A stretch of DNA of 64,000 bases from Promethearchaeota archaeon (lineage in GTDB: Archaea > Asgardarchaeota > Lokiarchaeia > Sigyniarchaeales > SOKP01), in contig JBHLMP010000008.1 of the NCBI GenBank assembly GCA_048938025.1, positions 24,525-88,524 on the forward strand, given 5' to 3'. Positions 57,971 through 64,000 of the stretch are shown in pieces. The first letter of the stretch is position 1; the number at the start of each line of letters is the position of its first letter. The position numbers were made by a program, and so were the translations under genes. The notes under the pieces are model-generated. The model saw nothing but the letters and a program-made list of their open reading frames with translations, was not told where the DNA came from and did no database searches.

Positions 57971-59725
57971 TTGGAACCATTGCTCCATTCTGAAGAAAAA
58001 CCAAGAATAGAAGTTACAGTCAATGTAGCACACGATCTACAAAGACAATTACTTGAGATTCCATCTTTTTTAAGAGTTATGAATAATTATTATCAAAAGA
58101 AAACATATCTTCAGAGACAAATTAAATCACTAATCTTAAAAAGATTTAAGGAAGGATCTCTGGAAGATAATAAAGATTGGCTCCATACAATTCCTACTGC
58201 TTTAAATACCTTGAGTGATGACTTTTTAAGTAAAAAAGATTCATTTAAATTTCCAGATAATATAATACTATTTGAAGCATGGATGCATTTAGGTATAAAT
58301 GCTCTTTATCCTCGTGTTGTTTTACATTTTAAATTTCCTGGTTTTCTAAAAGGAGAAAAAGTTAGAAATGTTTTTCAATTTATTTTTTCTACTTCTCGCG
58401 GATTTGGATTTCCAATTTATTTTGGTCCCGAATTCTATGAATATAAACTTAAATTTTCAAAAATTCTTGAACCTTTTTTAAAATGGGGCTATACTGTTTG
58501 TCATAGAGCAAATCAGGCAATTGTAATTGGAAATAGACGTCTTAAATTGAAAAGACATCACCCAGGTGAATTTGAATTAGTAATTATTTCCGAGTATGGT
58601 AATCATAAATTTAAAGCAATAGATACACTTCTACATGGTTATTTTACAAATGCTCCTAGAACTTTAGGAAAATTTCCTTCTTTGGATGATGTTCTCCAAA
58701 ATATTACCTTTTCTTATTCCATAGGAGATCATGCAATGAGTGTGAAAAAAAAATTAATGGAAAAAACTTTACCAATTCCATTACTTTCTCATGATTATAT
58801 CGTTTTTAAGTATGATATAGATTTCTCTACCTATATTAAAAAATTGAAGGTAGTAAATGAATTATTAATTAAGAAAGTTGGTGCTTTTAAAGAGAAGAGA
58901 AGTAATCTCATAAATAACTTAAAAACAACTGATAAAATAAAATTTAGACTTGAACAATCAAAACGATTTGCAAAAGAATTTGCTCAAATGAAGCAAAAAC
59001 TTTCAGAAAAATATCCAATAATAGATAAATATGGGCATTATAAAACATTATTAGGAAAAATTAAAGATTTATTATTTACTACACCTCTTTATATGCATAG
59101 TATCCATTCCACTGGGGAAAAAGAAGAATTATTCAAATTTCTAATAAGTAAAAAAGAAGATATTGAAGAAATAGAAAATAACTCAGCAAATTCCATCTTT
59201 TTATCATTTATTAAAGATTATGAAAAAAAACATGATTTTTTATTTGAAGAGGATGAAGTTTTAGAAGGATTAGAAGATTTAAAAGATGATATGGCAAAAA
59301 TATGGTTATCTTTTAAAGAAAAGCATTTCAATCTTGCGTTAAAAAGATTAAATGAAATGTCAACATTATCTATTGAAGATCCAGATTATGAGAAAAAAGT
59401 TAATGATTATTTAGATAAACTTCTACCAATACTTTCTATTTATGAAATCTTTAATAGACCATTATCTGAATCCGTCTATCCTGAGTCTATACCCCAAACT
59501 AAAAGATTAGGGGCCTATATTGCGCAATTTTTAACATCAAGATATAATCCAATAGGTATAAACTTCATGAAATTGTTTAATCGATTATCATTTTATAATT
59601 GGAGTTATTTAGTATTAAAAAAGAAATTAAACCGAAAGCAATTTTTTAATTATATCTTAAAACTACCAATTTGGAAACATATTCCAGCTAAAATTAAGAT
59701 GAAAATTTTAAATTATGATACTTAA
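57971..59725 (+). CDS. Hypothetical protein
   Basis: 584-aa ORF with no motif I recognise. Confidence 0.7.
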   Translation: MEPLLHSEEKPRIEVTVNVAHDLQRQLLEIPSFLRVMNNYYQKKTYLQRQIKSLILKRFKEGSLEDNKDWLHTIPTALNTLSDDFLSKKDSFKFPDNIILFEAWMHLGINALYPRVVLHFKFPGFLKGEKVRNVFQFIFSTSRGFGFPIYFGPEFYEYKLKFSKILEPFLKWGYTVCHRANQAIVIGNRRLKLKRHHPGEFELVIISEYGNHKFKAIDTLLHGYFTNAPRTLGKFPSLDDVLQNITFSYSIGDHAMSVKKKLMEKTLPIPLLSHDYIVFKYDIDFSTYIKKLKVVNELLIKKVGAFKEKRSNLINNLKTTDKIKFRLEQSKRFAKEFAQMKQKLSEKYPIIDKYGHYKTLLGKIKDLLFTTPLYMHSIHSTGEKEELFKFLISKKEDIEEIENNSANSIFLSFIKDYEKKHDFLFEEDEVLEGLEDLKDDMAKIWLSFKEKHFNLALKRLNEMSTLSIEDPDYEKKVNDYLDKLLPILSIYEIFNRPLSESVYPESIPQTKRLGAYIAQFLTSRYNPIGINFMKLFNRLSFYNWSYLVLKKKLNRKQFFNYILKLPIWKHIPAKIKMKILNYDT

Positions 59726-59744
59726 GTCTCATAACAATGAATTT

Positions 59745-60323
59745 TTAAAATTCTAAAAATCCTGGATCATCAAAGATATCATCTATTTTTCGCTCCTTCT
59801 TTATTTTTGTATCACTTTCAGCAAATAAGGACTCTTCATCTGTTCTAACACCTCTTTCTAATTCCTCTGTATCAAGTTTCAATAATGCATCCTTTTCAAG
59901 CTTTTTATATTTTTCAGCTTTCATTTTCCAGTCATTAACTTTCTCCATATCGATATTATCTTCCTCTAATAATAATGCCGCTTTCAATCTGCAAAGATCC
60001 GACAATATAGAGTAGGCCAGTGTAAGTTCCCCCCATTCACCTTCTTCTTTCAATTTTACAACTCTTTTTTCTAGTCTTAAGAGTTCTTGATCTGCATAAT
60101 AAACATCTATAAAATCTCCAAATGCATCTACAGGTTCTGAAATTGCATTCACTAATACTTCCTTAGTTAACCCACAATTCCCACACTTAACTGTTGCAAA
60201 AGCGCCTTTCTTTTTTATATCAGTAACTTTTACACTTTTTTCACCACATTCAGGGCATGTAAAAATTTTGGGTACCTTCTTAACTCTTTTATAGGTTGGT
60301 TGTTTTCTTTTTCTTCTTCCCAT
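59745..60323 (-). CDS. elf1: Transcription elongation factor Elf1 with C-terminal helical extension
   Basis: MGRRKRK...FTCPECG...CGNCG...EPVDAF..FID. Confidence 0.88.
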   Translation of the reverse strand: MGRRKRKQPTYKRVKKVPKIFTCPECGEKSVKVTDIKKKGAFATVKCGNCGLTKEVLVNAISEPVDAFGDFIDVYYADQELLRLEKRVVKLKEEGEWGELTLAYSILSDLCRLKAALLLEEDNIDMEKVNDWKMKAEKYKKLEKDALLKLDTEELERGVRTDEESLFAESDTKIKKERKIDDIFDDPGFLEF

Positions 60324-60530
60324 GTCGAAACACCAAAAAAATTGTGTTAACTAATTTCATGAATAATATTCTTATTAAAGAAATAGAAATAAAAACTAAA
60401 AAATTTTGCTTTTATGGACTAGTAATTGAGAGGAATTTAGTAAAATTTTTTAGGAATGGTTAATTATCGATCTTACTCTTTTTCACGGTAATGAATCTAT
60501 AATATTAATAATAATTAGTGGACTTTAGGT

Positions 60531-61631
60531 ATGGAGCATAAGGTATTAACATTAGAACACGATAAGGATTTAATTGATAAAATTTTAGAAGATAAGGATA
60601 TGAGATATATTATTCTATTCCTTTATGTTATTAGATATGATTTATTTAAAGATTTAAATGAACCAAACTTAATTGAATCTTATGAGAGAATTTTAATCTT
60701 AGATGAAATATATAAAAAAAATATCATAAATTTTTGGAATGAGGAATTTATTGAAGTTGCTGTTGATTTAGGTTTGTTTAAAAATATACGAAATACAAGA
60801 GAGTTTGAACATAAAGATGATGACTTTATCATAAAATTAGGAGATGAGACAATAACAATAGAAAAAGATACAATATCTGTACCAGATGATACTCTATATT
60901 TAATGATTAATAAGAAATTTAAATCTCTCCAAAGAAGAAATTTTAATTTAGCAATTACTAGATTAAAAGGGGTAAGATGTGAGAAAACTAGTACAATACA
61001 CGCATTGATTTTTGAAATTGGAGAACATGATTACACGATATCAGATGATCTTTATTATATTTTAGATCAATATGGAAATATATATCAAGCCATTAAAATC
61101 GAGATAACAATTGAAGGGTTCTATCAGCGATTTAAAGAAATTCAAGAAAAAGTAAATGAATTTATTACCATATTTGAACCTATTTTAAATACTAAACCTA
61201 TTGTAAAAAAAATTAATAAAGCACTAGAAGAAGAAAAGGACGTTCTAGAATTTCTTAAAGAAGAAAATGTGGATCTTTCTGATAAATTCGATTTAGATAA
61301 GATTGATAAAGAAAATTCTATATTTAAAGAATGGAATTCAAAGTTATCATCTTTAATAAATTTTCGGTACGAATTGGAAGAAATTGATAATAAACTAGCA
61401 GATATTAAAAAGTATTATTCTGGAAAAGGTAAAAAACTCGGTTACCTTGAATTCATTAGAAAAGTTTCTTTTAATGAGGATGATATACTAAAGATAATTC
61501 AAGAATCCTTAATAAAACTTAGAACGGATTTAGTAAAAATAAATAATGAAATCTCAAAACTAACAAAGAAAGAAATAAAATTATTAAATTTAGATTATGA
61601 AAGATTTATAATTATGAGTAGGGATGATTAA
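60531..61631 (+). CDS. Hypothetical protein with C-terminal coiled coil
   Basis: 366-aa ORF, first gene of a tight operon. Confidence 0.7.
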   Translation: MEHKVLTLEHDKDLIDKILEDKDMRYIILFLYVIRYDLFKDLNEPNLIESYERILILDEIYKKNIINFWNEEFIEVAVDLGLFKNIRNTREFEHKDDDFIIKLGDETITIEKDTISVPDDTLYLMINKKFKSLQRRNFNLAITRLKGVRCEKTSTIHALIFEIGEHDYTISDDLYYILDQYGNIYQAIKIEITIEGFYQRFKEIQEKVNEFITIFEPILNTKPIVKKINKALEEEKDVLEFLKEENVDLSDKFDLDKIDKENSIFKEWNSKLSSLINFRYELEEIDNKLADIKKYYSGKGKKLGYLEFIRKVSFNEDDILKIIQESLIKLRTDLVKINNEISKLTKKEIKLLNLDYERFIIMSRDD

Positions 61632-61633
61632 TT

Positions 61634-62611
61634 TTGAAATGTCCTTCGTGTAATATTGAAATGGAATTATTAGTTGCCGGTATTTATCAATGTCCTCAAT
61701 GTAGAAAGATTCTTAAAGAAAAAGATCCTATAGCTGAGTTAGTGGAAGAAAAGATAATTGAAAAGGGAGAATTTCAGAATGGAGATTATTTTCATAAAAA
61801 TCTGAGTTTAGATCGAAGATATGAGATATGTGAGAAAGGTATTCTTTTAAATAAAACAGAAAATCGTGCATTTGCAGTATTGATTTGTCATAGTGCTCAT
61901 TTGAAACATGAGAAATATATTAGATTATCTTGGTGGAAAAACTATCAACATGCTGGAATGTTTAAAATCTATGAAAAGGATGTTCTTAATAATCTTATTA
62001 AATCTTTAGAAAAATTTGATGAATCATTTGATGAGTTATGGAATTGGACAGGAAAATATGGAAAACGAAGACCTAAAACAGAAGAAGAATTAGAAAAGGA
62101 GAAACAATTGGAAATTATTAAATATAGGATAATAGAAAATAAAACATGTCCAAGATGTCAAAAGAAAATGGAAAAAAAGAAATCTCATTATGAATGTCAA
62201 CATTGTGGAGAAATTGTTATTCTTGAAGGACATAATCAACCAATATTCAACATAACACCTTCAGATCTCGATCTACGCTTTCAAGCAAATTTTCCAATAA
62301 ATTTTTATATGCCTGTGAGCGGTATAACTATAAAATGGTTGATGGGCGAATGGAAAGCATTAGCAGTTATCTATTCTAAAGATAATCCAAATAAAAAATG
62401 GTTAAGGTTTTATTGGTGGATACGAGATCTTAGCAATATTTTGAAATATGGACAAAGAGAAATGGGTGAGGGAACTCAAATGGGTTGGAAAGCTCAAAAG
62501 GGAGTTTCATCACCAAATTTGTACGATAAAAAGTTAGTTTCCCCATTAATAGAGGTTTTAAAGAAAATATCAGTAGAACTAAATTGGAATATAAAAAATG
62601 AAAGGAGTTAG
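61634..62611 (+). CDS. Duplicated Zn-ribbon + Trp-rich beta-domain protein
   Basis: CPSC/CPQC + KYIRLSWW repeated as CPRC/CQHC + KWLRFYWW. Confidence 0.65.
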   Translation: MKCPSCNIEMELLVAGIYQCPQCRKILKEKDPIAELVEEKIIEKGEFQNGDYFHKNLSLDRRYEICEKGILLNKTENRAFAVLICHSAHLKHEKYIRLSWWKNYQHAGMFKIYEKDVLNNLIKSLEKFDESFDELWNWTGKYGKRRPKTEEELEKEKQLEIIKYRIIENKTCPRCQKKMEKKKSHYECQHCGEIVILEGHNQPIFNITPSDLDLRFQANFPINFYMPVSGITIKWLMGEWKALAVIYSKDNPNKKWLRFYWWIRDLSNILKYGQREMGEGTQMGWKAQKGVSSPNLYDKKLVSPLIEVLKKISVELNWNIKNERS

Positions 62612-63767
62612 AGGTATAATAGAACAAATGACTGAAACTCAGGATGCTATATGGAAAGAATTATTACAGGAATTTGCAAAAGGAGTTGAAAAAGCTATTG
62701 AAGAATTGGTAAAAAGAGATATTGAAAATATTCCGGGAGCAAAAGAGGCGCTAATTCAAAGATTAAATAATATGCAACTCCATTTTCCTAAGAATAATGG
62801 TGAAATCTTTATAAAGTCTATTAATGATAAAATACAAAATGCATTCTTTCCTAACACCAAAAATTTTTCAGAAGCATTTGAAAAAATTTTGAAATCTAGA
62901 ACTCATGAACAAGATTTTATTATAAATGAATTATTGAACGGATTTGTAACTTCAAAAGCAAAAGCAATTGCTTCTGGAACCCAAGGACCCATAATTGATA
63001 GGATCGTTGAGGCTTTTAGCAAAAGAAATGATTTTCATATTGTAGATCATCAATTTTTTGCGATGTTTGGTGATCCAAATAAACCTAAATACTATATAAA
63101 AAATCAACTTGAAGAGCTCATTGATATGTTTGGGCTCATTTCAAAAGAACTTATCATTGAAAAGGATATAAGAAGAAGTGAAGAAAAAGTTTATACTTTT
63201 TATACATTTCCGGATGATATAATTAAAATTATAGAAGAAAAATATTTAATCGTTGATCAAGACTTAGGATATGCTTATGTGTCTGAACTATTTGATAGAA
63301 ATGTTTTTATTTGCATGTTTTTAGCAAATGTAGCAATAAATCGAGATGATATTGAAAAAATTGGAGGATCTTATACAATAAATGGAATTTCTGCGATACT
63401 AGCCTTAATCTTATTATTAAGTTTCATGCCCAAATTATCAATAGATGAAACAAATCCGATTTTAAATGATCCATCTTTTGATAATAAAAGCATGAGTGTC
63501 ATACCGAAATCTTGGATGATGAAACAAGTATTAGAATATTTATTCGAACCCCTAATCAAAATAGTTGCATATAGAATAGGTGGGGGATTATGGCTTTCTC
63601 ATATAATTGATTCTGAAATTAACAAAAAAATTCATAATCAAATTCGTTTCTTATTAAAGGATGTTAATAAATGGATACTTGGTAACTTATGTAGGGTGGA
63701 GATTCCCATTTTTATTGAGATCTCTAACATTTTTGCTGAAATTTTAGTTGGATATGAAGAAGAATAA
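62598..63767 (+). CDS. Hypothetical protein
   Basis: 389-aa ORF overlapping the previous gene. Confidence 0.7.
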   Translation: MKGVRGIIEQMTETQDAIWKELLQEFAKGVEKAIEELVKRDIENIPGAKEALIQRLNNMQLHFPKNNGEIFIKSINDKIQNAFFPNTKNFSEAFEKILKSRTHEQDFIINELLNGFVTSKAKAIASGTQGPIIDRIVEAFSKRNDFHIVDHQFFAMFGDPNKPKYYIKNQLEELIDMFGLISKELIIEKDIRRSEEKVYTFYTFPDDIIKIIEEKYLIVDQDLGYAYVSELFDRNVFICMFLANVAINRDDIEKIGGSYTINGISAILALILLLSFMPKLSIDETNPILNDPSFDNKSMSVIPKSWMMKQVLEYLFEPLIKIVAYRIGGGLWLSHIIDSEINKKIHNQIRFLLKDVNKWILGNLCRVEIPIFIEISNIFAEILVGYEEE

Positions 63768-63788
63768 GAAAAATCAATGTGTTAAAAA

Positions 63789-64000
63789 ATGAGTTATAAA
63801 AAGAGTTCTACAAGAATAATCAAGTCGGGACGAAAAAGAGAGAAGTGGACTGACATTTTACCACGATATTTAACATTTATAAGTCATATGCGTCCAATTC
63901 TTAGGGAGACAAGAAGAATTATTATTGATTTAGATGCAGATCTTTTACTAGATACAGAAATTTTAGATAAGATTCGACAAGAAGAAGAAAAAAGAAATAT
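63789..64000 (+). CDS. Hypothetical protein, truncated by the window end
   Basis: Open frame from ATG 63789 (MSYKKSSTRIIKSGRKREKWTDILPRY...). Confidence 0.65.
   Translation, partial: MSYKKSSTRIIKSGRKREKWTDILPRYLTFISHMRPILRETRRIIIDLDADLLLDTEILDKIRQEEEKRN

Noticed and set aside
4459-63559. Many short ORFs opposite or inside long genes (e.g. 4459, 15419, 17290, 17515, 20826, 22625, 25617, 28952, 32247, 33335, 35998, 37810, 38004, 38520, 40655, 40849, 41712, 42128, 43163, 44047, 46400, 47239, 47297, 52806, 55105, 56288, 62430, 63371)
   Set aside because: They overlap well-supported genes and have no recognisable motifs
1-64000. tRNA, rRNA, CRISPR arrays, inteins
   Set aside because: None recognised by eye

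Overview
AT-rich archaeal DNA. Gene content (PolD, Cdc6/Orc1, CarS, Elf1, longin/roadblock proteins, an MglA-type GTPase, polyproline/WH2-like proteins) is most consistent with an Asgard archaeon of the Lokiarchaeia type; this is an inference. Housekeeping flanks at about 1-11 kb (polD2, polD1, cdc6, carS, nusA-like, archease, rtcB) and 50.5-64 kb (cutA, radical SAMs, rimI, pelota, elf1) enclose an accessory block of about 35 kb (~15-50 kb). That block combines a divergent homologous-recombination kit (RadA with an extra C-terminal HhH, a RadB/Rad51-paralog, Hel308 with an inserted SWIM finger, Hef/FANCM, FEN1-like nuclease, RPA) with candidate DNA-transfer parts (membrane-anchored HhH protein, membrane-bound VirB4/HerA-fold pseudo-ATPase, VirB2/CedA1-like pilin, CoiA-like nuclease), an MglAB pair and two divergent TFB paralogs. 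Most transcription units in the block carry the same upstream element, TTTTTTCTTTAAATA (a T-rich non-canonical BRE plus TATA box), which I did not see in the housekeeping flanks. Best hypothesis: an alternative-TFB-controlled DNA uptake/exchange and recombination regulon. A second point of interest is a possible actin-regulatory micro-cluster at 54-58 kb (unannotated WH2-like 50-aa peptide, BAR-like coiled coil, VASP/WASP-like polyproline protein). All family calls come from motif recognition by eye; no searches were run.
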